A stretch of DNA of 64,000 nt from Deltaproteobacteria bacterium (GCA_040218735.1 JAVJQW010000043.1:128001-192000), one strand, 5' to 3'. Shown: positions 18,039-27,653, counted from the first letter of the stretch. Numbers and translations are program-made. The notes: generated by a model not told the origin, from the sequence alone.

Positions 18039-19203
18039 GAACAATGCCGTTCACTTGGCAGACGGACATGCCTCGAGCTCCCAGCAGGCGGCGAGGGGAC
18101 GCCTCGAGGTAGGGCAGCGCGCCGGCGCCGCGGAGCGACTCGTCCCTCGTGCGCCGTTTCGCCGGGCTGGTGAAGGCGGGGTCCGCGGAGCGCAGTGCTC
18201 CGAAGGAGGGCCGCGCTCTCGAACACCGGCTGGTATCGCTCTCACGAACTGCCCTCCGCGCGTGACGGCGGCGTCGGATGCGTTTCACGCCGAGGACGCT
18301 CGGGACACGCGCCTTGCCTAGGCGGGTAGAGCGGCGCTCGTGAATCCTGCGAGCGATGAAGGCGCGACCCAACACCTCCCGCGCCGCGTGAAGGTTGTGC
18401 GCGCGACATAGCAATCGCAGCTCGCCGACTACGCTCTTGGCGCCTAGCGCCCGCCCGCCGACATGATCGAATTCGAGGTTCGACCGTTCGCTGCATCGCC
18501 GACCGTCCGAGCTCACGTACGTGCACTGCGCGCCGTCGCGCTCCACCACCGCGCGCCGCGTCGCCGCCGAGACGTACGCTGCGCCCGCGGGCGCATCCTC
18601 GGCGGGTCTCGATCGCGGACGACTCGTCTTTCCGTTCTTTCTCCGCTCCAGCTTCTCAACGTAGAGCGCGAGCGCCGCTTCGAAGATCTCCCCGATGTCC
18701 GTCCCGGGCGGGGTGAGCTCCTTCGCGCGATCCAAGAGCGCCTTCGCTTTGGCGCTCCCGTCGAAGTGAAATGCGAACGTGCCCGGCGTCGCGGCCTCGA
18801 CGCGGTCTTCGGAGCTCTTCGCGCCCGGGAACTCGGTGGCGATCAGCATCTCGATCTCCGCCTTGGACTTGTTCCGCGCTTGCTCGACGACGCTGTGGGC
18901 GTTGTCGTCGTTCATGAACTTCGAGAGCTTGGCAACGCCGGTCATGTGCAGCTCCCCGGACGCGAGCAGCGGGAACACCTCGGGCACCCGATGCGCCGCG
19001 CGCACCACGGCGACGCGCCGGCACGCCTGGTCCTCGGTCAGCCCGAGCCCCTCCACGCAGAACCGAAACAGCGAGCTGAAGCCGCGCTCGACGTACAGCT
19101 TGCGCCGCTCGATCTCCGCCATGAACCGAAGCGCCTGGACACCGCTCTCTCGCTCCGTTCGCAGCGCATCGCGAAGTCCGCTCAAGAGATCGTTCTGGTT
19201 CAT
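17827..19203 (-). CDS. HNH endonuclease (DUF222-like N-terminus); C-terminus probably degenerate
   Basis: AEIERRKLYVERGFSSLFRFCVEGLGL, GELHMTG, VSAATRRAVVERDGAQCTYVSSDGRRCSERSNLEFDH...LRLLCRAHN. The ORF tail runs antisense into the neighbouring gene, suggesting loss of the native stop. Confidence 0.8.
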   Translation of the reverse strand: MNQNDLLSGLRDALRTERESGVQALRFMAEIERRKLYVERGFSSLFRFCVEGLGLTEDQACRRVAVVRAAHRVPEVFPLLASGELHMTGVAKLSKFMNDDNAHSVVEQARNKSKAEIEMLIATEFPGAKSSEDRVEAATPGTFAFHFDGSAKAKALLDRAKELTPPGTDIGEIFEAALALYVEKLERRKNGKTSRPRSRPAEDAPAGAAYVSAATRRAVVERDGAQCTYVSSDGRRCSERSNLEFDHVGGRALGAKSVVGELRLLCRAHNLHAAREVLGRAFIARRIHERRSTRLGKARVPSVLGVKRIRRRRHARRAVRESDTSRCSRARPSFGALRSADPAFTSPAKRRTRDESLRGAGALPYLEASPRRLLGARGMSVCQVNGIVPKPVRSPRLHRGGSATPPRSAPRTARRARRTPPRRTRRGRTPRRRSPARSGAAAPRCAPSGATRGGPRTS

Positions 19204-21158
19204 GCAAGACAGGTTGCAAGCGCTGGACCCCATACATCGAAGATATCATCGACCCCTTCAGACGCGATTCGCCGTGCCCCGAGGATGACAGTCCGAGATC
19301 CGCGTAGACGCATCGCTCGGACCGTCAGCGCCCAAAGTCGACTCGAAGGTCAAAAAAGGTCGAAACGCACTGCGTTCGTCGACCAGAGGGCCCGGACAGG
19401 GCCTCGAAATCCGTCAACCCCCGAGAAAGAAAAAGAACGACCGCAAGTCAACTTGCGCGCCCCATCTGGCCATTTCCCCGTACCCAGCCGGCGAACCTCA
19501 CACGTGCATCGTAGCCCCGACCGGCGCCGGCGCACGGAACCGCCGCACCGAACGGCCGCACCGAACCTCCGCACCGAACCGCCCCACCGAACGGGCGCAC
19601 CGAACCGCCGCACCGAACCTCTGCACGGAACCGGCGCACCGAACCGCCAAACCGGAACAGCGCAGCGAACCGCCGCACCGAACGTCCGCATCGAACCTCC
19701 GCATCGAACCTCCGCACCGCACCGCCGCACCGAACCGGCGCATCGAATCTTGGCATCGAACCGGCACGCGCAGGCGGCGCACGGAACCGGCGCTTCGAAC
19801 CGCGACACCGAACGGGCGCACCAAAGCGGCGCACGGAACCTCCGCACCGAACCTCCGCACCGAAGCGGCGCGCCAACCGGCGCACTGAACCTCCGAACTG
19901 AAGCGGCGCACGGAAGCGGCGCACCGAACCGAACCGGAACGCGCAGGCGGCGCACGGAACCGGCGCTTCGAACCACGAAATCGAACGGGCGCACCAAAGC
20001 GGCGCACGGAACCTCCGCATCGAACCGCCGCGCCGAAACGCCGCGCCAAACCGCCGCATCGAAGCGCGCACACCGGCGCACGGAACCTCCGAACGGAAGC
20101 GGCGCACGGAAGCGGCGCACCGAACCGAACCGGCACGCGCTGGCGGCGCACGGAACCGGCGCACCGAACCGCGGCATCGAACGGGCGCACGGAAGCGGCG
20201 CACGGAGCGGCGCGCGGAACCTCCGCATCGAACCGCCGCATCGAACCGCCGCATCGAACCTCCGCACCGAAACTCCGCACCGAAGCGGCGCGCCAAACCG
20301 GCGCGCCAAACCGGCGCACTGAACCTCCGAACGGAAGCGGCGCACGGAATCGGCGCACCGGACCGAACCGGAACGCGCAGGCGGCGCACGGAACCGGCGC
20401 TTCGAACAACGACATCGAACGGGCGCACCAAAGCGGCGCACGGAACCTCCGCATCGAACCTCCGCACCGCACCGCCGCACCGAACCGGCGCATCGAAATT
20501 CGGCATCGAACCGGCACGCGCAGGCGGCGCACGGAACCGGCGCTTCGAACCGCGACATCGAACGGGCGCACCAAAGCGGCGCACGGAAGCGGCGCGCGGA
20601 ACCTCCGCACCGAACCTCCGCGCCGAACCGCCGCACCGAATGGGCGCACCAAAGCGGCGCACGGAACCTCCGCATCGAACCGGCGCACGGAAGCGTCGCT
20701 CGGAAGCGTCGAACCGTCTCCCCAAACCGTCTCACCGAACCAGCGCGGCATCGAGCGACCCTCCTTGCACGAAGCGAGAACCTTCGAGCCCCGTGAGCGA
20801 CGAAGGGATGGCCGCGGCGCGCGGGCCTCCGCGGGATCCAATCTGGCGTCTCCAATGACGGCGAGGCTCCGGCCGTCCCTCGCCAACAGAAGGCCGGACC
20901 GCACCTCCGACTTCGGCCGGAAGCCTTCTGTGACTCGTTTCGCAATCTTCCCCCAGGAGCGTTCGATGCAGTCCCGGTTCGCTTCGATATTCGGGCGTAT
21001 CTCATCAGCGAGCGGGGCAGTGCGGCCGTCGCGAATCGGGAGGGCGCCTGTGCGTCCCGATTGCCAACCGCCCCAACGCTCTCCGCTACGCGCACGGCGA
21101 ACGGGCGAAGGCAGGGCCCGCCAGGTGGACCAAGTCACCCCGAGCCGATCACGGCATT
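18043..21158. mobile_element. Putative inserted element (HNH gene plus minisatellite) between two convergent genes
   Basis: Bounded by the 8-bp inverted repeats AATGCCGT (18043-18050) and ACGGCATT (21151-21158). Atypical, largely non-coding content. Confidence 0.35.
19527..20739. repeat. 13-bp degenerate tandem repeat (minisatellite), roughly 90 units, with higher-order blocks
   Basis: Units such as CCGGCGCACGGAA, CCGCCGCACCGAA, CCTCCGCATCGAA, CGGGCGCACCAAA and GCGGCGCACGGAA. An 11-unit (143 bp) block is repeated at 19696-19838 and 20446-20588. Confidence 0.95.
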
Positions 21159-21813
21159 ACGCAGACAGACGCGCCGGCAACGAAGCCGGGGTGTTGGCGC
21201 GCGCGCCGTCGCGCTCCAGCAGCACGTTCGACCCTGCGCCGCAGCCGATCACCGAGCGCATGGTGTCTTCGACCGACGCATCGATCTCCTCCACGCGATC
21301 GGGCGGGAGGTGGAAGATGTTTCCCGAGGTCGGGTTGGGGCCGGTCGGGACGAAGACCGAGTACCAGCCGTTGCGGTGGCGGTCGGTGACAAACGCGGTC
21401 ATGAGCGCGTCGCCGTAGGGGCGGACCAGCGCGACGGAGGTGAACGGTGACTTCTCGCGCCCGATGAGCTGCACGATCGTCTCCTTCACGAGCCGGTAGC
21501 CGGGGATGCCGTGCAGGATCTTCATCTCCAGGGTTTCGTGCAGGAACCGACCGAGCTGCGTTCGGACGATCACCCCGGTCAGGAAACACGCGGCGACCAT
21601 GACCGCGAGCACGACGATGATCGCGACGTACTCACGGAGCTCGGTCCGCGCGACGAGGACGTTCGTGAAGGGGCGGACGATGGTGCGTAGCAGATCGAAG
21701 ACCCACGCGCCGACCGCGAGGAGGACGCCGATCGGGAGCAGGACGCCGACGCCGCCGAGGAGAGAGGTGCTGAGGAACGAGCGTGCGCGACTCACTCGAT
21801 CAACGGTGGTCAC
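21157..21813 (-). CDS. DUF502 family membrane protein
   Basis: Two TM segments, IPGYRLVKETIVQL, VFVPTGPNPTSGNIF. Exact start uncertain. Confidence 0.85.
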   Translation of the reverse strand: MTTVDRVSRARSFLSTSLLGGVGVLLPIGVLLAVGAWVFDLLRTIVRPFTNVLVARTELREYVAIIVVLAVMVAACFLTGVIVRTQLGRFLHETLEMKILHGIPGYRLVKETIVQLIGREKSPFTSVALVRPYGDALMTAFVTDRHRNGWYSVFVPTGPNPTSGNIFHLPPDRVEEIDASVEDTMRSVIGCGAGSNVLLERDGARANTPASLPARLSA

Positions 21814-21864
21814 CGATTCTCGGGCGTCACCCCCCGCGTTCGATCTCACGCCCAACGCAGGGCG

Positions 21865-23742
21865 TCACGGCGTGACGTTCAGCGTGACGTCGTTCGCGAC
21901 CGACGCCGAGAGGACCACGCCGTCGACGGTGACCTCGACGGCGTCGTTGGCGCGGCGCGCCGAGAAGGCGGGCGCGTCGTCGAGCGTGAGCGCGGTAACG
22001 AGGAGCCCGCGGTCGATCGTCTGGCGGAGGACGACCGTGTCGCGCGGGATCGCGACGCGGTTCGTCGGGTAGGTGAAGCCGAGGAGCGAGGGGTCTTCGC
22101 GTCCGCGTGCGACGGTGAGGGAACCAGACGTTGCACTGCCGTCGCGGATCGTCACGCGCACGCCGTCCGCTGCTGCGACGAGCGCGTCGCCGGCGTCGCG
22201 GGTGCTGAGCGAGGCACCGAGGTGAAGGTACCGCGTGAACGTTCGCGGCGCGTTCGCGGCGACGTCGTCGACGATCACCAGCGCTTCGTTCGGGCGGTAG
22301 AACCAGAAGCGTCGGTGCGTGACGCCCTGCGCGAGCAGCAGCGGGTTGTCGGCGACCAGGACGTACCACCCCGCCGCCTCGGCGCCGCCCACGAGGCCGC
22401 TGCCGTAGGCGTCTTCGTCGGTCGCGCCGAACTCCGAGTCGTCGACGGTCAGCACGCTGTGGGCGCGCGTCGACAACGCGTAGTCGCGTCCCGGCTCGCC
22501 GGGGTAGTAACCGTAGCGGCCTGTGTCGCTGATGATGCGGACGCCGCGCTCGAACCACGCGAAGGTCCCGTCGTCGCGTTGTTTGTGGACGCGCGAGTGG
22601 AACTGCGCGGTGACCGCGAGGAGCGAGTCGCCGTCGCGCGCTACGCCGTAGCCGGTCCGCTCGAACGTCGCGAGGCCGTTCGGGGGCGGTGCGTCGAGGA
22701 CGACGTCCGGTTGTGGCGCGATCCGGTGGGAGTCACCGAACTGGACGAGGTCGCCGTCCGTCCCGACGAGCCACATCCCGGCGTCCCGTCCGCGTTCGAA
22801 CAGCTCTTGGAGCTCGGGGGCGAAGCGGCGCGCGCGTTCGAGATCGCGAAGGACGAGGAAGTGGTACCAAGGCGTGTGCTCGCGGAGGAGCGCCTCCTCA
22901 CCCAGCAGCACGAACGCGAGCGGTGTGATGCGTTCGGCGGCGGTGCTTCGGTACGTCGCGGCGCGCGGCAGCATCGGGAGCTGGAGCGCGAGGAGGCCCA
23001 AGCCGACGTCGTGGGTCGCGGCGAGGTTCGTGAGCGCGTAGCGCGCGGTGCCCTCCTCGAGGAAGTCGCCGTGGAAGACCATACCCTCCCAGAGCACCGC
23101 GGCGTCTTCGGGGGTGAGGACGCCGTCCATGACCCCGGCGCGGAAGATGTACGCGAGGTAGGCCGCGCGGAACGAGACGGCGGAGCCGTTCCAGGCGAAC
23201 TCACTCTGGCCTTCGAAGGGGGTTCGGTAGGTCTCGATCCAGTCGACGGCCAGCGCGATCGCGAGCGGGAGGCCATCTGGGTTCTTTCCCGTCGCGTGTC
23301 CGACGAGCAGCGGCGCGAGGCCCCACCACGCCTGGAGGCCGAGGCGGTAGACGCGATCGTTGAACGGATCTTGCTCCCAGTCGAAGGGGAGGGTGAGCTC
23401 GATCGGGAGCCCGAGCAGGACGGCGGTGCCGGCGACGGCGTCGTCGATCTCTTGGTCCGTGTACGTGAGGCTCGGGACGAAGAGCGGCTCGGGGGCGCCG
23501 AGGGCGCGGATGTCGGCGAACGCGTCGTCCCCGGAGAAGTCCGGGATGGGGAGCGTCGGGCCGGGCGGCGGCTCGAAGGTCGGCGGCGTGGGGCCGGGCG
23601 GCGGCTCGGACACGGGGTTCGGCGCCGGCTCGGGCGCACGACACGCCACGAGCAGCATCGACAACACCCAGCCGGTCGATCCGCGCACGCCTCCAAGACG
23701 ATGACGGCTCGGCGCGGTCTTTGTCACGGTCCTGCGGCGCAT
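21865..23742 (-). CDS. Heparinase II/III-family polysaccharide lyase-like lipoprotein
   Basis: LLVAC lipobox, Pro-rich linker, EHTPWYH, QFGDS, HKQRDDGTF, SDTGRYGY, STRAHSVLTVD. The true start is probably downstream of 23742. Confidence 0.8.
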   Translation of the reverse strand: MRRRTVTKTAPSRHRLGGVRGSTGWVLSMLLVACRAPEPAPNPVSEPPPGPTPPTFEPPPGPTLPIPDFSGDDAFADIRALGAPEPLFVPSLTYTDQEIDDAVAGTAVLLGLPIELTLPFDWEQDPFNDRVYRLGLQAWWGLAPLLVGHATGKNPDGLPLAIALAVDWIETYRTPFEGQSEFAWNGSAVSFRAAYLAYIFRAGVMDGVLTPEDAAVLWEGMVFHGDFLEEGTARYALTNLAATHDVGLGLLALQLPMLPRAATYRSTAAERITPLAFVLLGEEALLREHTPWYHFLVLRDLERARRFAPELQELFERGRDAGMWLVGTDGDLVQFGDSHRIAPQPDVVLDAPPPNGLATFERTGYGVARDGDSLLAVTAQFHSRVHKQRDDGTFAWFERGVRIISDTGRYGYYPGEPGRDYALSTRAHSVLTVDDSEFGATDEDAYGSGLVGGAEAAGWYVLVADNPLLLAQGVTHRRFWFYRPNEALVIVDDVAANAPRTFTRYLHLGASLSTRDAGDALVAAADGVRVTIRDGSATSGSLTVARGREDPSLLGFTYPTNRVAIPRDTVVLRQTIDRGLLVTALTLDDAPAFSARRANDAVEVTVDGVVLSASVANDVTLNVTP

Positions 23743-23818
23743 CCGGCCCCTCGGGGAGGCGAAACCAACGATGAGGAAAAAGAGTTCCCACGGATTTGGT
23801 CGGTGGGGTCACACCGGC

Positions 23819-24973
23819 ATGACGCTCCGATTCCCCGCTCTCCTGCTGTTCAGCGCCCTCGCGGCGTGCGGCGGTCGCACGCCGATGACCGACCTCACCA
23901 TGCCCGCCGGCGAGGACGAAACGACGGTGACCACGTCGCGCTCGGCGCTGCGCTCTCCGGTCGTGGCGATCGACACCAGCGGTCGCCGGATCCTCGCCGC
24001 GATCGACACGGTGGCCCGCTGGCCGACCTTCGTGGAATCCGACGGCCTGGAGGTCCCGTTCCCTCGCCTCGCGGGGGTGGAGGGGGAGACGACGGATCTC
24101 GCGATGGTGGCCGGGCCGAACGGGCTCGTGCACGCGGTGTGGACCACGGGGCGCGCGCTCTACTACGGCCGCCTGCATCCGGACGGCGCGGGCCGCAGCG
24201 AAGCCGTTCGCCGGCTGCAGGACGAACGCGCGTCGGCGCCGACGCTCGCCGTCTCGGATTGGGGTGACGTGTTCATCGTGTTCGTCGATGGGCACATCTC
24301 GCGCGAGCCGAACATCTTCGTGTCCACGTACCGCGGCAGCGTGGAGCAAGGCTTCGCGGGGCCGATGCGGGTCATGCCCGAGTGCTGCGACACGTGGACC
24401 GGCGACGCGTGGTACGCGAGCATCGGCACCGTCCGCTACGACGGCGGGCTCGTGCGCTTCGGGTACAGCTGGGGTGACCAGGGTGGCGGCTGGTCGTCCT
24501 ACGTCGAGCAGGGGCGCGGCTTCTACGAGTACGGTCGCGTCGAGAGCGCGGGGTACGCGGACCACGCCGGGGCGATCATGCCGCCGGGGCTCCCGGGGCT
24601 CCTCACGCTCAACCTCGAGCAAGACCGCTTGCAGCTGACCTCGTTCGGTCGTGTCCCGCAGCCGACGACCGTGCTCGAGGCGCCGGGCCTCGGGACAACG
24701 CACGTCGCGCAGGACGAGGTCGGGCAGAAACACGTCGTCGTGACCGAGATGAGCGACGAGCGGCGCGACATTCACTACCTCCGCGAGTACGAGGCTGGCC
24801 GGTGGTCGAAGCACATCCTCGTCGGCGCGGCGCTGGACCAGACCCTGGAGCTCACGCCGCGAGCGGGCGGGCTCGTCGTGACGGATACGCGTGTCTACGT
24901 CCCGTACACGGTCTACGACGCGGATCGCGAGCCGGTCTCGATCGCGGTGGCCGACTTCCGCAAGGCGAAGTAA
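23819..24973 (+). CDS. Lipoprotein, beta-propeller-like (BNR-type) hypothetical
   Basis: MTLRFPALLLFSALAAC lipobox; repeated GxVHAVW / GDVFIVF / GQKHVVV blades. Confidence 0.7.
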   Translation: MTLRFPALLLFSALAACGGRTPMTDLTMPAGEDETTVTTSRSALRSPVVAIDTSGRRILAAIDTVARWPTFVESDGLEVPFPRLAGVEGETTDLAMVAGPNGLVHAVWTTGRALYYGRLHPDGAGRSEAVRRLQDERASAPTLAVSDWGDVFIVFVDGHISREPNIFVSTYRGSVEQGFAGPMRVMPECCDTWTGDAWYASIGTVRYDGGLVRFGYSWGDQGGGWSSYVEQGRGFYEYGRVESAGYADHAGAIMPPGLPGLLTLNLEQDRLQLTSFGRVPQPTTVLEAPGLGTTHVAQDEVGQKHVVVTEMSDERRDIHYLREYEAGRWSKHILVGAALDQTLELTPRAGGLVVTDTRVYVPYTVYDADREPVSIAVADFRKAK

Positions 24974-24982
24974 CGAAGAGCC

Positions 24983-25465
24983 ATCGACAAGGACGCGCTC
25001 ACGCAGCTCTACCGGGAGTACGGCCCGGTCGTGTATCGCCGGGCTCGGTTCCTCCTCGACAGCGACGAGGAGGCCCGGGATGCGATGCAGGAGGTCTTCC
25101 TGCGCGTGGCGCGTTCCCATGACACCTTCCGGGGCGACGCTCCGGTATTACACTGGATGTATCGCGTGACGACGAACCTGTGCCTCAACCGACTGCGCCA
25201 AGCGAAGCGGCACCCGGTCGTGCACGATCCGGAGGCCGTGCGGCGGCTGACGATCGACGCCGACGATCCGGCGGATCGGCAGGCGGTGCTGTTCGTGTTG
25301 TCGCGGTGCGACGCGCTCACGCAGTCGATCGCGGTGCACTACCACCTCGACGGGATGAAGATGGAGGAGGTCGCCAGCGTGGTCGGATGCTCGCGCAAGA
25401 CGGTGGGCAAGAAACTCGCGGCGTTCTCGGAGCGCGCACGACGGTTGTTGGAGGACGCGCGGTGA
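24983..25465 (+). CDS. ECF RNA polymerase sigma factor (apparent non-canonical ATC start)
   Basis: IDKDALTQLYREYGPVVYRRARFLL, EARDAMQEVFLRV, WMYRVTTNLCLNRLR, MEEVASVVGCSRKTVGKKL. Confidence 0.88.
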   Translation: MDKDALTQLYREYGPVVYRRARFLLDSDEEARDAMQEVFLRVARSHDTFRGDAPVLHWMYRVTTNLCLNRLRQAKRHPVVHDPEAVRRLTIDADDPADRQAVLFVLSRCDALTQSIAVHYHLDGMKMEEVASVVGCSRKTVGKKLAAFSERARRLLEDAR

Positions 25466-26121
25466 CGGAGCACCTGAGTGACCTCGCGCTCGACGCGCTG
25501 AGACGGACCGGCGTCACGGACGGCGCTGACCACCTCGAGACCTGCGCGCGCTGTCGTTCGCGACAGGCGGCGCTCGCCGCAGAGGACGCGGTCTTCGAAG
25601 CGCGGTTCGTGCCGGAGCAACTCGCGGTCGACACACTCGCGGCCGCGGAGCGTCCGGTGCGTCGGTGGTGGCCGCGGATCGCCGTGGCGGCGGCTGCGTT
25701 TGCGGCGGTGGTGTTCGTGGTGTGGCCGCGCGGGACGGACGTACGGACGAAGGGCGCCGCGGACGTGGTCGCGCTTCACGTGTTGGACGGCGATCGCCGC
25801 GCGCCGGTGCTGGGCCCCGTCGATCCGCGCGCGCGCCTCGCGGTGCAGGTGCGCGGCCCCGGCTTCGCGCGGGTGCTCTGGGGCAGCTCCCCGGGCCGGT
25901 GGGATGCGCTGTTCCCGGCCGCCGACGCGAGGGCCTGGCGGGTAGAGGCGAACAGCTGGCTGCCGAACGAGGTGGTGCTGGACGGGGCCCCCGAGACCGA
26001 GGCGCTTGCGGTCGTGGTGTGTGACGAGGCGTTTTCGGACGCCGTCGCGCGCGAGCGGTTGGAACCGAACGCCGAGCTCGACGGCTGCCGAGTACAGCGG
26101 GTGACGATCGAGAAGCGATGA
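25462..26121 (+). CDS. Zinc-binding (ZAS) transmembrane anti-sigma factor with a DUF4384-like periplasmic domain
   Basis: EHLSDLALD...HLETCARC (HxxxCxxC), TM IAVAAAAFAAVVFVVW, VRTKG motif. Coupled to the sigma gene by GTGA. Confidence 0.8.
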   Translation: MTEHLSDLALDALRRTGVTDGADHLETCARCRSRQAALAAEDAVFEARFVPEQLAVDTLAAAERPVRRWWPRIAVAAAAFAAVVFVVWPRGTDVRTKGAADVVALHVLDGDRRAPVLGPVDPRARLAVQVRGPGFARVLWGSSPGRWDALFPAADARAWRVEANSWLPNEVVLDGAPETEALAVVVCDEAFSDAVARERLEPNAELDGCRVQRVTIEKR

Positions 26122-27653
26122 GACGCTGGATGCTCATGGCGAGCGTCGCGACGGCGGCGCTGGCGACCACCTCGACGGCGCGCGCCTCGGACGCGCGGGT
26201 GGGCATCTTCGTCGGCAGCAACGGCGCCCCGTCGGGGCGGTCGCCGCTCCTCCACGCGGAGGCCGACGCCGCGCGCATGCGTGACGCGTTCGTGGAGCTC
26301 GGCGGGATCGAGCCGCGGGCCGCGCACCTCATCCGCGGGCCGGACGCCGAGCAGATCCTCGCGATGATCGAGCGCGCGGGGCGCGGCGCGAAGATGCTCG
26401 TCTTCTACTACTCGGGGCACGCCGACGAACGCGCTCTGCTCCTGGAGGGGTCGCAGCTTTCCTTCGCCGATCTCACGGAGGCGCTGGAGGCGACGGGCGC
26501 GCAACTCAATTTGCACATCGTCGACGCGTGTCGATCCGGAGCGCTCACGCGGAAGGGAGCGTCGCTCGGCGATCGACTCCAGCTCGCAGCGGAGGAGTAC
26601 GGCGAAGGCAAGGTCGTCATCACCTCCAGCGCCGAGTGGGAAGACTCGCTGGAGAGCGACCGCCTCGGCGGCTCGTTCTTCACGCTCCACATGGCGACGG
26701 GGCTCCGGGGCGCCGCCGACGCGGACGCCGACGGACGCGTGACGCTCGACGAGGCCTATCGCTACGTCTACGGGCGTACGGTCCAGAGCACCCTCGCGAG
26801 CGGCGGCGGCGTGCAGCACCCGACCTTCCGCTACGATCTCTCCGGGCGCGGCGACCTCACGCTCACCTGGCCCAACCGCGCGCGGGGAGTACTTCGGTTC
26901 CGCGACGGCGACTACGCCGTGACAGAGGCGGTCACCGGGCGCCTCGTCGCCGAAGTCGCCACGCCGGGCGCTGCGATCGGTCTCGCGCCGGGGCGCTACC
27001 ACGTCGTGCGCCGCGCGCGCGACGCGTTGTTCTCGGGCCACGTCGAGATCGCGGCCGGGTCGGACGTCCGGGCCGAGGACATACTCGAGGAACGCACTAC
27101 GTACGCGCGGCTGGTGCGCAAGGGCCGCCCCGACGGTCCGGTGCTCTCCCACGCGTTGCGCATGCAAGTTGGCTTGCGCGGCCGCATTGCTTCGGGGCTG
27201 GAGGCAGCGCCGATGTTTCGTGTCGGCTACGAGCTCGTCCTGCCGTGGCTCTCGGTGATGCCGTACGTCGGCGTGACCACGTCCGTCGGCTTCGACACCC
27301 CGCGGCTCTCGTACCGGACCAACGAGCTCGGCCTGGGGATGCTCGTCAGCCGCGCCATCGACTTCTCCTACGTCACGCTGCGCGGCGGCCTCGGCGCGGA
27401 GCTGGTGCGTCTCGCCCAGTCCGAAGCCGAGGGCCGCGAGCCCGACCGGCGCAGCTGGGGCCCCGCGTTCGTCGCGCACGTCGCGGTCGAGTCGGCGCCG
27501 ATCGCGGACGTCGTCACGTTTGCGCTCGTTACGGAGGCGTCGCTCTACGCGTATGCGTCGTCGGAGGCGACGGTCGCTCCCGACGTCGAGGAGGGGGCCA
27601 TCGTCACGCGTCCCACCTATCGCGCTCTGCTCGCGCTGGGGTATCACTTCTGA
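26118..27653 (+). CDS. Secreted caspase-like (peptidase C14) protease with a C-terminal outer-membrane beta-barrel-like domain
   Basis: Signal peptide; LLHAEADA; FYYSGHA (His); IVDACRSG (Cys); ESDRLGGSFFT; ADADADGRVTLDEAYRY; amphipathic beta strands ending in LGYHF. Confidence 0.88.
   Translation: MRRWMLMASVATAALATTSTARASDARVGIFVGSNGAPSGRSPLLHAEADAARMRDAFVELGGIEPRAAHLIRGPDAEQILAMIERAGRGAKMLVFYYSGHADERALLLEGSQLSFADLTEALEATGAQLNLHIVDACRSGALTRKGASLGDRLQLAAEEYGEGKVVITSSAEWEDSLESDRLGGSFFTLHMATGLRGAADADADGRVTLDEAYRYVYGRTVQSTLASGGGVQHPTFRYDLSGRGDLTLTWPNRARGVLRFRDGDYAVTEAVTGRLVAEVATPGAAIGLAPGRYHVVRRARDALFSGHVEIAAGSDVRAEDILEERTTYARLVRKGRPDGPVLSHALRMQVGLRGRIASGLEAAPMFRVGYELVLPWLSVMPYVGVTTSVGFDTPRLSYRTNELGLGMLVSRAIDFSYVTLRGGLGAELVRLAQSEAEGREPDRRSWGPAFVAHVAVESAPIADVVTFALVTEASLYAYASSEATVAPDVEEGAIVTRPTYRALLALGYHF

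Noticed and set aside
19527-20739. CRISPR or TIGR-like guide array
   Set aside because: Units are contiguous 13-mers with no unique spacers between constant repeats, and there are no cas-like genes nearby.
18463-21138. Long ORFs across the repeat (18463..20322 +, 19350..21095 -, 19448..20725 -, 19498..21138 -)
   Set aside because: They are open only because the 13-bp unit lacks stop codons. The translations are the same low-complexity phrases cycling through frames.
20740-21150. Possible structured ncRNA or gene remnant next to the satellite
   Set aside because: No convincing ORF, known RNA motif or strong hairpin was recognisable by eye. A covariance-model search would be needed.
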